Positions 1 to 11,595 of a stretch of 64,000 bases of DNA are shown here, piece after piece. Position numbers and translations under genes: made by a program. Every line of letters begins with the position of its first letter. The first letter of the stretch is position 1. The notes beneath the pieces are model-generated. The model had not been told where the DNA came from. It searched no databases and was given only the letters and a program-made list of their open reading frames with translations. The DNA is from Stegostoma tigrinum (Eukaryota). Location of the stretch: contig NC_081365.1 in the NCBI RefSeq assembly GCF_030684315.1, forward strand, positions 61,186,481-61,250,480, in the 5' to 3' direction.

Positions 1-620
1 CATCAATTCCCAGTCGGTGCCTCACACTCACCAACATCAGTAGCAGCCACTCCGCATTCACAGTCCTTTTGAAAACAGCTCAGCAGGGGGACCCCGGCGC
101 TCTTTCCTCCCTCAGCACTTGGCCGCCAACGGGGTTAGCGCCGTGTTTTCCACGTCTCCTCCCCCCCCCCAACCCACCCCCGAAGCTCGGCGTCAACTCC
201 GACCGACCACCGCCATCTTCTCCTCCACCGGCCAGGGCCACCAACGTCACTTCCGCCAGACCCTTCAAAACTTCGGGGAACAGCTTCCGCGTAAGGGTCG
301 TTCCCCCCTCCCCCCGGGATCTGGGGGCGGGGCTTGGAGTGTACGCCGTGCGCTGTGGGTTTTTGAGTCGGCGGAAGGTGGTGAGAGCGGGAGCTGATGT
401 CGAAAGGGGCTGGCCCTGGTGCTGAGTGACTGGTTAAAGGCCGCCTTATGGGAGTTCAGGGTAATGCGGTGTATCGCGGGTCAAATTCTGACCTGAGCCC
501 GGAAACTAATTCCCCGGGACTGGGGCGGCATGCCGCAGTGTCTGGTTGATCGAGTGGGCCTGCTGGTTCCATCTTTCCTTCCCCCCAAACCTGCCCTGGC
601 CAACAACACCGGCCCTAGGG
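1..620 (-). promoter_or_regulatory. CpG-island-like promoter / first exon of a minus-strand gene running off the window
   Basis: GC- and CpG-rich, unlike the rest of the window. Minus-strand donor TTG|GTGAGT (ACTCAC at 26-31). ETS-CRE composite ACGTCACTTCCG at 244-255 (CGGAAGTGACGT on the minus strand). Confidence 0.6.
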
Positions 621-752
621 AAAGCCTCCAGTGTTCAGGGGTGTGTGAGTTACAGGGGGATGGACCTGGGTGGGATGTTTCAAGGGGCGGTGTGGACTTG
701 TTGGGCCGAAGGGCCTATTTCCGCACTGTAGGGAATCTAATCTGATCTAATC
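620..752 (+). mobile_element. HE1/V-SINE-like 3' fragment
   Basis: ...GGACTTGTTGGGCCGAAGGGCCTATTTCCGCACTGTAGGGAATCTAATCT tail; reverse complement of the element at 1298-1590 and similar to 3378-3476. Confidence 0.7.
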
Positions 753-1129
753 AAACACCGAGCCTTCGGACACCGACACTTGCTGTCGAACTAGTATTTA
801 CTGTGCCTGTAAGGTGGTGGAACTTTCCTGGTGTGATTGACAGGGACGTTTTGCAAAATTCTGTCAAAAGGCCAAAGAAAGTATTGGACAAGAGTGGAGA
901 GTTTCGAAGTAGAAGGGTTTGCAGAGGGATTTCCTTTGTTGGGTCCCACACAAGTGAAGACGTTACTCACACCGGCAGGGCCGTGAAAGTCTGCCTTGTT
1001 CAAAAAGACCAGAGTTGATTGAGTGCAAATATCCCAGAGAGTTGTGTTGGGCTGGGGGACACTTCATAGACAATGGAGGAAGATCACACAAGGGTTTGAA
1101 AAATAAGAAAGAAAAACTAAAATTAGGAT

Positions 1130-1247
1130 CAAAACACGAATTGCTGCAAAAGCTCAGCAGATCTGGCAGCATCAGGGAGAAAAACCATTGAGTCAACGTT
1201 TCAGGTTGACTGACCCTTCTGACCTTTTTTCAGCAATTTCTGTCTTG
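1130..1247. mobile_element. Penelope pLTR-derived fragment (inverted arrangement)
   Basis: GAATTGCTGCAAAAGCTCAGCAGATCTGGCAGCATC...AACGTTTCAGGTTGACTGACCCTTCT, homologous to the copies at 4290 and 50541. Confidence 0.6.
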
Positions 1248-1297
1248 AATCAAATTGAATCAGTTATTGTCACGTACGTTCAATGTCAAAGTACATG

Positions 1298-1590
1298 ATT
1301 AGATTAGATTCCCTACAGTGTGGAAGCAGGCCCTTTGGCCCAACAAGCCCACACCGCCCCTTGATGCATCCCCCTATAACCCACACACCCCTGAACACTA
1401 TGGGCAATTTAGCCTGGCCGATCCACCTAACTTACACATCTTTGGACTGTGAGAGGAAACTGGAGCACTCGGAGGAAACCCACGCAGACACGGGGAGAAT
1501 GTGCAAACTCCACACAGACAGTTGCCCGAGGCTGGAATTGAACCCGGGTCCCTGGCGCTGTGAGGCTGCAATGCTAACCGCTGAGCCTTC
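1298..1590 (-). mobile_element. HE1/V-SINE-like tRNA-derived SINE, near full length
   Basis: (TTAGA)n tail at left, central GGAGGAAACCCACGCAGACACGGGGAGAATGTGCAAACTCCACACAGACAG, and B-box complement GGAATTGAACCCGGG at right. Confidence 0.8.
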
Positions 1591-1961
1591 GCCGTACGTA
1601 CATGGCGCCGTTCACATTAACTTAGAATAAGCGAGGAAAAAAATAACCAAAGAGATCCCAACTTTCCACTGCCGCAGTCCCGCTCCGGGCTTTCCAGCCC
1701 CTGCCGTACCTCCGCCAGAGCCCCTGTCTGGGCTTTGCAGTTCTTTGGGATGTTATTTAAAATTAGGATTTTGCTTAACCTAGATCCACGGTATCAGCAA
1801 TCACAGGGATGATAGTGGGCAGGACCTGGTGCTGGGGCAGTGACGTTTGGTCTAGTTTTATACCCTATAGTCTTATTTTCAGTATGTTAGGCCCTTCCGG
1901 TAGCAGGTGCCGATATGTTCAGTATTTTAATTTTGAAATATCTCTAAACCCCACAATTGTT

Positions 1962-2153
1962 GACAAAAACAGAAACTACCGGTGAAACTCAGCAGGCCTG
2001 GCAGATTCTGCCACTGAAATTCTGATGAAGATTCACCAGACTTGAAACATTTGCTCTGCTTTCCTCCCATGGATTTTGCCAGACCTACTGAGTTTTGCCA
2101 GCAATTTCTGATTTGTTTTAGATCTCCAGCATCTGCAGTTCTGTTTTATTTTA
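1962..2153. mobile_element. Penelope pLTR-derived insertion with 5' inversion and 12-bp TSD
   Basis: CCCACAATTGTT duplicated at 1950-1961 and 2154-2165; internal CTGATGAAG...GAAAC decayed hammerhead motif. Confidence 0.7.
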
Positions 2154-2589
2154 CCCACAATTGTTTATATGCATTTAAGTGTATGATATCTTGCCACAGC
2201 TTGTGAGCTTGGTGTATGTGATTTGCAATATAACAGATAAACTCACAGCCTACTTTCCCATTTGGGTGTTGGAGCTACAGGAGTCCAGAGACTGCCAAAC
2301 AGCCGTTTAAAGGGATTTACATTTGACTTCTCTGGGAGCTGCTTTTGCTACTGTATAATTATTGGAAGTATTACATAGGAAGAGCTGTCACAAATTGTTC
2401 AAGTTAAAAGTGACTGTAACCCCTCGACCAAAACTGTTCTACCTGTTATTCAGAGACAACTTTTGCTAACGCAAACTCAGAAGAAGCAGTGTCTTTGAGG
2501 TGGTTATATTCTTTGAAGAAAGAAATGGGCATGGCAAGAATATCCCTTTCAGAGCTTCAGTTTCTACGCCTCCAAATTCTTCTAGGTTA

Positions 2590-2892
2590 GAATCATAGAG
2601 TTCAGAAGGAGGCCATTTGGCCCATCAAGTCTGTACCAATCTCCTGAAGAGCATCCCACTCCATAACCCCATGTTTACCCTGGTTAATCCACTTAGTTGT
2701 GCATCCCTGAATACCTTGGGACAATTTAACACATCCAATCCACCTACTCGGTTTCCTCCTACTGTCCGAAATACAATGCAGACATGGGGAAAACATGCAC
2801 ACTTAACACACAGTCACCCAAGGCTGGAATCAAACCCAGGTCCCTGGTGCTCTGAGGCAGCAGTGCTAACCACTATGCCACCTTGCTGCCCT
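2590..2892 (-). mobile_element. HE1/V-SINE-like SINE (decayed, internally deleted)
   Basis: Similar to 1298-1590, including CACAGTCACCCAAGGCTGGAATCAAACCCAGGTCCCTGG...GCTAACCACT. Confidence 0.7.
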
Positions 2893-3034
2893 GTGCATGT
2901 TGGAGCCGGCTGCATTTCCAACACCTCACAATTCTTCATACGTTTCTCGGTCTGGGACATAACCAACGGCACTTACACAGGAGAAGATGCCTCATCATAT
3001 TCTGCTGAAGCAGAGAGTAGCAAGGGAAGTGTAC

Positions 3035-3129
3035 CTCTCTGATGAAGGGTCTAGGCCCGAAACGTCAGCTTTTGTGCTCCTGAGATGCTGCTTGGCCTGC
3101 TGTGTTCATCCAGCCTCACATTTTATTAT
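3035..3129 (+). mobile_element. 95-bp Penelope pLTR-derived insertion with 14-bp TSD
   Basis: CAAGGGAAGTGTAC at 3021-3034 and 3130-3143; body nearly identical to the copies at 23187, 27875 and 49710. Confidence 0.85.
3039..3068 (+). ncRNA. Minimal type I hammerhead ribozyme motif (PLE-type)
   Basis: CUGAUGA-A-[GGGU CUAG GCCC]-GAAA-C-GUC-AG: intact catalytic core and GUC triplet; stem I is only about 2 bp. Confidence 0.65.
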
Positions 3130-3377
3130 CAAGGGAAGTGTACTTGTGACTTTGCAAGGGTAGAAGGAGTTCTAATAGTGCAAGGAGTCAGAGGCTGCAC
3201 CTATTTTTTGTTGGTGCCCCAATAACCAGAGAGTTGTTCTGAAAGCAGAATGAGTTACACTCTCTTTATGTGTAGTTGGAATGTGACAATGAAAATTACA
3301 GCATGTTGATTAATTGTTCTGTCTCCTAGCAGCAGCCACGGTGCTTTTATCTTGCTTTTATCAGCTGTTCTGACCAT

Positions 3378-3476
3378 GGGGATGGTCCTGGGTGGGATGC
3401 TTCGAGGGGCGGTGTGGACTTGTTGGGCCGAAAGGCCTGTTTCCACACTGTAGGGAATCTATTCTAATCTAATCTA
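3378..3476 (+). mobile_element. HE1/V-SINE-like 3' fragment
   Basis: GGTGGGATGCTTCGAGGGGCGGTGTGGACTTGTTGGGCCGAAAGGCCTGTTTCCACACTGTAGGGAATCT...(ATCTA)n tail. Confidence 0.7.
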
Positions 3477-3724
3477 AGGTGAACCTGAGGATGACTGCTT
3501 GGTGGCAAGGGCTAACCTTTCTACGCTTGGTTCTGTCTGGCCACAGGGTACAATGAGAACCATGCGGCAGCTGCGGTCCATGGGTTCCTTTCTTTTAAAG
3601 TTGTACAAATGTGACATATTTGGGAGGGGGTATGGAATACAGTTACAAGACATTTTATTGAACTTTTATCGACAACTAATAAAGGTACTTACAATTATAG
3701 CACAAAACTGTTTAATCATGGTAT

Positions 3725-4238
3725 CGAATTGAATTGAATTGTCACGTATTCGATGGAAAAATGCAGTGAAAAGTGTGTACCTACACCGTACATACATGGC
3801 GCCATTCACCTGAACTCAGAACAAGACAAGAATAAAAAAGATAACTTAAGGGAGTCCCAACTTTCCCTTGCACTGCCGCAGACCCACTTAGGCCTTTCCA
3901 GCCCTCTCCAGGCCTCCGCCAGCAGCCCAAACTGGGCTGCCTCATTGGCCCGCTCTCACCAGCCCAGTCTTGGGCTGCCGCTATCGCTCTGGCCCATGCT
4001 CGATTCTCTGTCGCCGCAGGACATAACTAACACATTCATTTCCCGCCACGTGGTTCTCAGTCGTGACCCAGCTCCTTCCCAACTCCTTAGGTAGGCAGTT
4101 AAAACGGGTGGCGGGGGAATAGAATTACTACCAGAGGGAGAGAGAAGGGAGGAAAAAAAAGGATGGACAAAGAAACAGAACTGGCGAGCAGAGTGAAGCT
4201 CTGAATGGAGCGACTGACCCTGCTGCCATCGTTGAATT
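3725..4238 (-). mobile_element. Unclassified non-autonomous retroposon with a (TTCAA)n-type tail; second copy at ~1252-1740
   Basis: Blocks shared with 1252-1740 (TTGTCACGTA, CCGTAC-TACATGGCGCC-TTCAC, CCCAACTTTCC, CACTGCCGCAG, CTTTCCAGCCC); GAATTGAATTGAATT tail. Confidence 0.5.
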
Positions 4239-4287
4239 AATGGTTTGGAACTTTCGGAGAAATTCTGCTATGAAGCAACTTATGTAG

Positions 4288-4331
4288 CTGAGTTCTGAGG
4301 AAGGGTCACCGGACCTGAAACATTAACTCGG
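4288..4331 (+). ncRNA. Minimal hammerhead ribozyme motif with a 7-bp stem I
   Basis: CUGAGUU / AACUCGG stem I, CUGAGGA core, GGGUC-ACCG-GACCU stem II, GAAA-C-AUU. Confidence 0.65.
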
Positions 4332-4425
4332 TTTTCTCTTTCACAGATGCTGCCAGACCTGCTGTGTTTTTCCAGCAACTTTGTTTTTGTTCCCTGTTTA
4401 TAGCATCCGCAGGTCTTTTGGTTTT
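4290..4425 (+). mobile_element. Penelope pLTR-derived insertion (second subfamily) with TSD
   Basis: CAACTTATGTAGCT (4276-4289) / CAACTTAATGTAGCT (4426-4440); body homologous to 51055-51190. Confidence 0.8.
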
Positions 4426-5099
4426 CAACTTAATGTAGCTATTTGATACGGATGATTGGACAAATTGGTATGATGTAAATTATAGGCTGCAGTATAATTA
4501 AAGACAAAATGAAATATCTGTAATCGTGATACTGTAATAAAGTTTAAAAATATGAAATCTTGTCATGTGATCGTTTTTGTTAGTTATTCTGAAAGTCTGG
4601 ACTTGATGAAATTGGCAGCAATGGAAATCAGCCAATACAGATCACTGACCTCATGTATATGAAGAATGGTCACTTAAATGAGCTGATGGATGACTCCTTA
4701 GTGGCTCTGCAATTGCAGCTCACTCAAGTCGTTATCCTCAAAGTAAAAGTCATTTCTCTTTTTTTAACTTTATCAATATCTTTCAGGTTCATAACATATT
4801 TTGTATTAAACAATTAAAATAAAATGAAATGTATTAGTCAATTATGTGTCCATTCTGAAAATTTGTTAATGTCTTCTTGCACTTTTTTGCAATCCTCTTC
4901 AACATTAAATTTAGAAATAGCATTTTTGATTCTTAAAACCACCATATCAATTCTTCATCTTTCAAATTTTAAATTGTTAACCCAAGTTATGAACATCAGT
5001 GATCCCAGACTGATTGTGTGGGTTTCCACTTTCCATCTTTTGCTGCTCTGAATAATCACTTTTTACCAGTACTCTCTGTTTTACAGAAAGCTCACGACC

Positions 5100-5755
5100 T
5101 GGTACTTGAGTCCCAATTCTGTTGGCTCAACTTTATCATTAATTTATTATGTAGTGCCTTACTGAAGACTTTTTGGAAGGAAGAATTTTGAAATTCTCTT
5201 AACATCAGTTTGTCACCTTGGTATCCTTTTCAATTTAAACTGAAGCTTTTGACTCCATACTCTCTTCTTCACAAATACATTAAACACCTGTCTGTCCACC
5301 TAATAGTGAATCATGTGTCCACATCTTTGCAACTTCCAGGCATGACTTTTTTCCAATGATCCACAAGTTACTTAAGCTCATCCAAAACTCTGCTTATATC
5401 TTTGCTGCTGTTGGTTATCTTCTAATTTCCCAATAAATCAAATTGAAAATCCTCATTTTCAAATACTTTAATTCACTCCATCCCCATATCAATGTGGACT
5501 CCTCCAGTCCTGCAGCCTTCTCCAACAGAACTCTGTTCCTCTGGCTTTAGCCCCTTGTGCTTCCCCTCCATCCTTCACCTTCAGCTGCTTAGACTTACAA
5601 TCTAAAGCCACAAGATCAATTCTGTATCTCATTTACATTTATTTTCACCTCTGAGTAAGCTTTGGTTATCACTTATTAGTGTTTTTGAATGTGCCTTTGT
5701 AAAGCACCTTAAGAAATTTTAAAGGCAATGTATAAATGCAAATTATTGCAGTTGG
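5100..5755 (+). mobile_element. Decayed L2-like LINE 3' region
   Basis: Ends in GTAAAGCACCTT...AAAGGCAATGTATAAATGCAAATTATTG, resembling the L2-type 3' tail. Confidence 0.45.
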
Positions 5756-7149
5756 AAAGATACATAGCTGTTGAGAGAAAAGCTTAATTGATGATTTGGG
5801 CAGACACTTCTATCAGAACCGTTATTCCTCTCTATATGGGAATATTGTGTAATTGTTCACTTTTCTAATGAAAAATATGTTGTATTGTGACTTTTTAAAA
5901 TTATTTATCCTGAACTTAATCCGTATCTGGTTACAAAATTATAATTTATGCCCTCATAAATTTAGTTTTCCTGCTAAGTTGGTATCTTATGAAAATCTGG
6001 AGTAGAAGATTGCAAAACATAATTTTCAGTTTTGATGCACAATAGAGGAAGAAGCTGAGGGCAAGATTCCCAGTTCAGTCAACATGCTCTGTAAAATAGT
6101 GTTCTACCGCTCGATGTCAAATAAATTTTCAGTATCTTTTATCTTACTGATCAAACTTAGGGATTGAGGATACTCTTGTTGTTAGGCTTACTGCTCTCGA
6201 TCTTGATTTTATGTTAGCTTAGGTTGACACTGCCTTAAGATAAATGCTGCAAAATTTTAGGGACATATAAGTTGCAGGACCTGAAAAAGGATGATACCAA
6301 CGTTGTATATCAGTGTTTCTCTTGTGTAAAAAGCAGTATTGCCTTAGAAACAGCTTGGACCCTGGAATATTGTGAAAGTGTAAGGTTCTCAAATCCACAG
6401 AAATATTAGACCAGAACAACCATTTCCACAACAGCAAATATAACAAATACACAGGATCTTTTTTCATGAAAGTTATGATATTTACTCTGTTATTTACTAT
6501 ATTATTTAAGTGGAGTCATGCCACCACTAAAATAGAAAACAAAATAATTTCAAGAAGTGTGAATCATTTGTTCAATATTATTTAGACATGACTTCAATGT
6601 ATTATTTGTGCCTGTTGTGAGCAGAGTGCGAAATGTTATGGAGGAGGAGGCATTTGCACTAGGGGAAACAAGTCATTTCAATAACAGGTCACAGTGCAGT
6701 TATTGCTCCCTTTCTTTGCCAACCTGAATCAGTTGAGCAGTTTGCTATGTAGGTGTCATGGCAGAGTTTAGTTGAAGAGCTGGAAAAATTCAAAACTGAT
6801 GCAAATATACCAGAAGTCCATTTCCATATAAAGAGGAATAATGGATCCAATTTCTCGCTGATGGTAACTGGCACTGATCAAAATGTTGTTAAGAAGTGCG
6901 AGTATCATGCAACAAGTTAATTTTATTCAGTAACTGGTAAAACTGCAAACGGAAAGGAATCCAGTTGATGAAAGATAAAACCCAAAACACTTTCTTTCTC
7001 AACAGGTGCTGACAATTTCCAGTGTTTTCTATTTTTATCTCACATTTCTAAAATCCATAATACTTAGTTTTTCAGTTCATTTGCAACTACATAAAATAAT
7101 GCTGCATTCAATCTGTAATTGCAATACTTAGTTTGTGTCTAAAGTGAAA

Positions 7150-7400
7150 CCCAAGACAAATCTGTGACCTCTACGACCTAGAACAAGGGCAGCAGATGCA
7201 TGTGAACACTACTAGTGGCAAGTATCCCTCTAAGTTGCACACGATGCTGACTAGGAACTAAACTGCTTTTCCTTCTATATCTCATGTCAGCATCCTGAAA
7301 TTTAATTTGTAATGGTACTGTGGGTGTACCTCCACCACATGGACTGCAGTGGTTCAGGAATGCAATACACTACTAGCTTCTCAGGGCTCTCTAGAATGAG
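7150..7400 (+). mobile_element. LINE 3' fragment (same family as 36825-37925)
   Basis: AAGGGCAGCAGATGCATG...CCACATGGACTGCAGTGGTTCA matches the reverse complement of ~36900-37080. Confidence 0.55.
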
Positions 7401-7747
7401 CTGTCAGGATTTGTTTTGCAAATGAGGAAAATCAGGATGCATTAACACATAAGGGTAGAGGAGATGTGTAATGCCACTGCCGTCTGTCCCCTACCACCAT
7501 GCATTGAATTCTGGGATTTCTGGAAGACTCTAGAGTGTGGTTGATAGAATTTTGTGAGAGAAATTTGTTGAGAATAGAGCAAAAACAGCTGAATGAGAAT
7601 AAGATACAGATTTGCCATGATCTGATTGATACAGTAGACTCAAGGAGTTGAATGGTCTGCTCCTTTGCCAAGTGTCTGAATGAGGGCATGTATCCTTGCA
7701 GTAACATATTGGTCCAAATTTTATTAAAACTAACATAAAGCAATCAA

Positions 7748-7876
7748 TGACAGTAGGAACTGCAGATGCTGGAGAATCTGAGATAGCAAGGTGTAGAGCT
7801 GGATGAACACAGCAGGCCAAGCAGCATCAGAGGAGCAGGAAGGCTGATGTTTCGGTCCTAGTCTCTTCTTCAGAAG
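7748..7876 (-). mobile_element. Penelope pLTR-derived insertion
   Basis: GTAGGAACTGCAGATGCTGGAGAATC...GATGAACACAGCAGGCCAAGCAGCATC...TTTCGGTCCTAGTCTCTTCTTCAG; imperfect CAATCA(A/G)TG TSD. Confidence 0.75.
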
Positions 7877-8509
7877 AAAAACAATCAGTGCTAACCATTA
7901 TTGTGGCAAGTCAAATTGCAAGTTATTGGAAACGTTTGCATGTCTAGTTGCTGTCTCATTTTCCCTGTTCCCGAATGAACTTCATTACACCTCCACAGAA
8001 AGATTCAGCATTCAAAAGCAAGAAGGTGCAAAGTTGCAGCGTGTACCAGGCACAGACTAGCCATGCCAGAAAATATCAGAGTTTTGTCTATTTCACTGAA
8101 TTAACTTTAAATAGTGTAATCAGTCTTCATTATGTAACTTCCATTGCACTGAAAATTTACAAACACAGAATCTCTTCAGTTCAATTACTTGGTTTTAACA
8201 AAGTTTTTTTTTCGAAAACTGTTTTCTCTGTTTCTTTTAGCTCCTTTTAACTTCCTTCTTTTTCTTTTCCTCTCTTTGTTTCACTTTTGTCCATTATTTT
8301 ACTTTGAAGTAAATATTGTAATTTACTGTGCTTGAAAGGATTTGTATGTTCAGTTTGATGGGTTGAAGAGGCATGCCATTCATTCCTGGCTCTGTTCACA
8401 TTGGTACCAGATCCCAGATTCCCACTCACGGGCAATACACTACTTTGACTGTCGTAGCTGCAAATAGCTCAGTAAATGTCCATAGAAACCACAAAACCTG
8501 TTCTTCATG

Positions 8510-8626
8510 AGTGATAGTAGGAACTGTTGTTCTAAAGAAGGGTCTAGGTTGGAAATGTTAGCTTTCCTGCTCCTCTGAAGCTGCTTGGCCTGCTGTGTTC
8601 ATCCAGGTCTACAGCTTGTTATCTCT
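8510..8626 (+). mobile_element. Penelope pLTR-derived insertion with short 5' inversion
   Basis: GATAGTAGGAACTG (inverted piece) followed by GAAGGGTCTAGG...GCTTGGCCTGCTGTGTTCATCCAG...GTTATCTC. Confidence 0.7.
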
Positions 8627-11504
8627 ATTCTTTTTAAGCAATGGGTTTCCTCATTGCTTATTAAGTAGGTCAGTTCTACAAGACGTTTTGTCTGTAAGCA
8701 ATGGGTTTGAACAGGATCTCAGCTGAACCTCTAAACTTGCCATAGTTGACCCACTTCTAATAGGTTTGCCTGACATGCAGATTTAGTTCTGAAGGATCTT
8801 TAACACTTTTCTCCTGATTTGTATTTCCCACGCCTCCCTAAATGTACGTGGGAATTTCATTTCGCAATCTATGCTTTACTCCTTGACAGTTGACCGGTAC
8901 AAGTTGTGCACTCTTGAGATTAGCTGCCAGTGCTGGGAATTATGTGGAAAGTTCATTTAAAGGGCACGATGTAATAAAGGTCAGTATTTTTGGATAAAAT
9001 TATGAGATATTTCCTTACTTTCAATTATTTTATTTGCTGGTACTTGGGTTTCCATAGTCCTTTGTGCTGATTGTTCTGTTGTCATTCCAGTGGATATCTG
9101 ACTGGCAATGACACATCATTAGCAGGTACTGCATGAAAGAAGGTAAGCCAAGAATATGACAGTGAACTGGGCCCAAACAGCATTGGCCAATTGGCCAAAG
9201 TGCCAATACCCACATAGATGGGTGTCCTTCACCCTTCAGGAATAGCGCACTAGTCCATGGAAATAGCACAGTCAAAAACAAAGATCCTCCACATCCACTG
9301 CAGTACTCATCAGCTGAGGAAAAGATTTGCTCTGTAACTTCCCTGCTTTTTTGTTTTGCTCAAGATTTCTTTTCAGTGCATTTCCACATTTCATTCTGTC
9401 GTCCTCTTCTAGTTTTGCTTATGCTGAAATGACGTTCAACACTTGAGGCTGGAGATAGTTTTATCTTCTTGTGTGACATTTTTAACAACTTGTGCCTTGG
9501 AATTTCATTTCCATGTGATTTTCCTCTCCCACCATCAGTGATCTCCATGGACAAGCCCAATTGCAATCTAGAGATTACTGTTGAAAATAATTTATCACCA
9601 TTCATGAACCAACTACACATATATCAGGAACTCACCTGACTATTTTCATGGGAGAAAATTTAAGCAATCAGAGAAGGACAGAAAATGAGTAATTCTGTTC
9701 TGTTTTGCATTAGCTGTTTCAAATAAATTATTTTACAGTCGTTCTCATTCCCTATCAGCATAGTATGTAAACTGATTACTCAGAATTAATGAACAAGCAA
9801 ACTAATTCAGGATTCTATCAAAATATGGTAGGACTTCATCTTATATTTGGGAGTGATATAGTTAGATTGAAATAAGGTCTTTGAAAAAAAAACAAAGCCA
9901 AGCTATTGTAACTAAGAAAGAATAGGAATGTAACTTAAAAGAAACAATGGATAAACAATAGCTAAAGCAATAAAAACAGGTTGACAAGGAAATTGATGAA
10001 GAGGGAGAAAATAGGATCTGAAAGTTAATTAACAAGAAATATTGAAACATTGTAAAACTTTCCACCAGTATCTAATTAGGAAGAGATTAGCTAACTAAAC
10101 TCTGAACATTTACAAGCAAAGGTGGGAGAAAACATATTGAAAACAAGGAAATGGCAGAAAGTTTAAATAACCATAACTGTTCTCACTGTGGAAGATACAA
10201 ATATAAAACTAAATGCAGTGAGGAGCTAAGGGTCTCTTAATAGCGAGGGATTTAATTTTCCATTTTAGCAGAGCTACCTTAAAAGGAGGTCCCATAACCA
10301 TAGGGGAGGGAGTAGAGAGTGGTAGACAGCTGATGATAGTAGACATGAGCCTTGGGGAAGATTACAAGTGTGCACAGACGTGGCTGTGTGTTGAGGTAGA
10401 CAGGTCAAAAGTCATTAACCATTCTCTGGGACTCTGTGCCAATTGTTTCCTTAAGTTTTAAGTTTTAAACTTCCTTATGTTGCTACGGCCTCTGTGCAAA
10501 TATACCACCAATTCATGCCCTACCATTAGTCACATTGTAGATGTTCAGTTATTAAATATATTCAAGATCAAGATTGATATATTTTGAACACTAAGGAAAT
10601 CGAGTAAAATAAGGATAGGTGGATTTGAGGTATAAGCTCAGCCATAATCTTAGTGAAGCAGGCTTGATGGGCAGAGTGGCCTACTCCCCTTATTTCATAT
10701 GTTCTTAACCACACTACACCAGAGATTGTTATTTCATTGACTAAAATTTGATATTTCAGACAAGTAAGCAGTCAGTCCTTTGTGGCCCATGGGCTGTTGT
10801 CGAATGTATTGGAGAGCTAAGGATTAAATTGAATCTGATTTGTGTGGTCACAAAACTAAACACTTTCTAACATCAGCAAGAAATCAGAAGGATGCTTCAG
10901 CAAGAAAATAGTGACTGGGACATCAAGAACCATGTCCATATTGTAATACCTTGAGTGAAAATTCTAGCCAAAAGGGACCTAAAATAACTGTGATATAGCT
11001 GGATATTTAGGGAAATATGTTGCTAATAAAACTAGTTCTCGAGGGAAGAACAACAGAAACTGTAAATCTGGAAGTCTCGGTTGTAGAGTATATTTTTGAA
11101 AGTATCAATAATCACATAAATTGTGTGGTTTATGCAGTTTTGAAGCAGGCATACTGAGCTGTATAAAGCAGCATGATCATCCAAAATTAATAGGAGACCT
11201 CAAAAGGTAGAGGTAGCAGAAGCTAATCCTAGGTATGAAATAAAATACTTTTCATATGTTCCATTATCAAATATCTCACGTTTACTGGAAGCATGTTGTG
11301 AACCATAGAAGGAAGATGGTCAAGTAACAATTGACTTAACAATGTAGTATGCAACTAAACTTAAATGATTTAGCATAATGGAAATTCTGACTATTAAAGG
11401 GTGGAGGGAAGAAATTTTCCTGTGTACTCCCACCCCTTCACTGGCTACAACAAATAAAATTAACAAGGTGCGTCATATGGCCAACTAAACAGGTCTTCAT
11501 CTTA

Positions 11505-11595
11505 GATGCTTTTGTGGTGCAATGGCAGTGTCCCTCACTCTGGACTGGAGTCCAGGCTTCAAGTTCCTACTTGCTCCGGAGATGTGTAATTTACA
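11505..11595 (+). mobile_element. tRNA-derived SINE head (family also at 15620-15696 minus, 40380-40450, 63555-63660)
   Basis: TGTGGTGCAATGGCAGTGTCCCT (A-box-like)...TTCAAGTTCCTACTTGCTCCGGAG (B-box-like); shared among four copies. Confidence 0.55.

Noticed and set aside
1-130. Assigning the minus-strand exon to IGSF11
   Set aside because: Based on synteny only; no matching signal-peptide coding sequence is visible, so no gene symbol is given.
69-425. Pro/Gly-rich ORFs in the CpG island
   Set aside because: Expected in GC-rich promoter DNA; non-ATG starts and no recognisable domain.
1283-1630. ORFs of 90-140 aa overlapping SINEs (also 2617..3042, 35069..35390)
   Set aside because: Chance open frames in the antisense of HE1-like SINEs.
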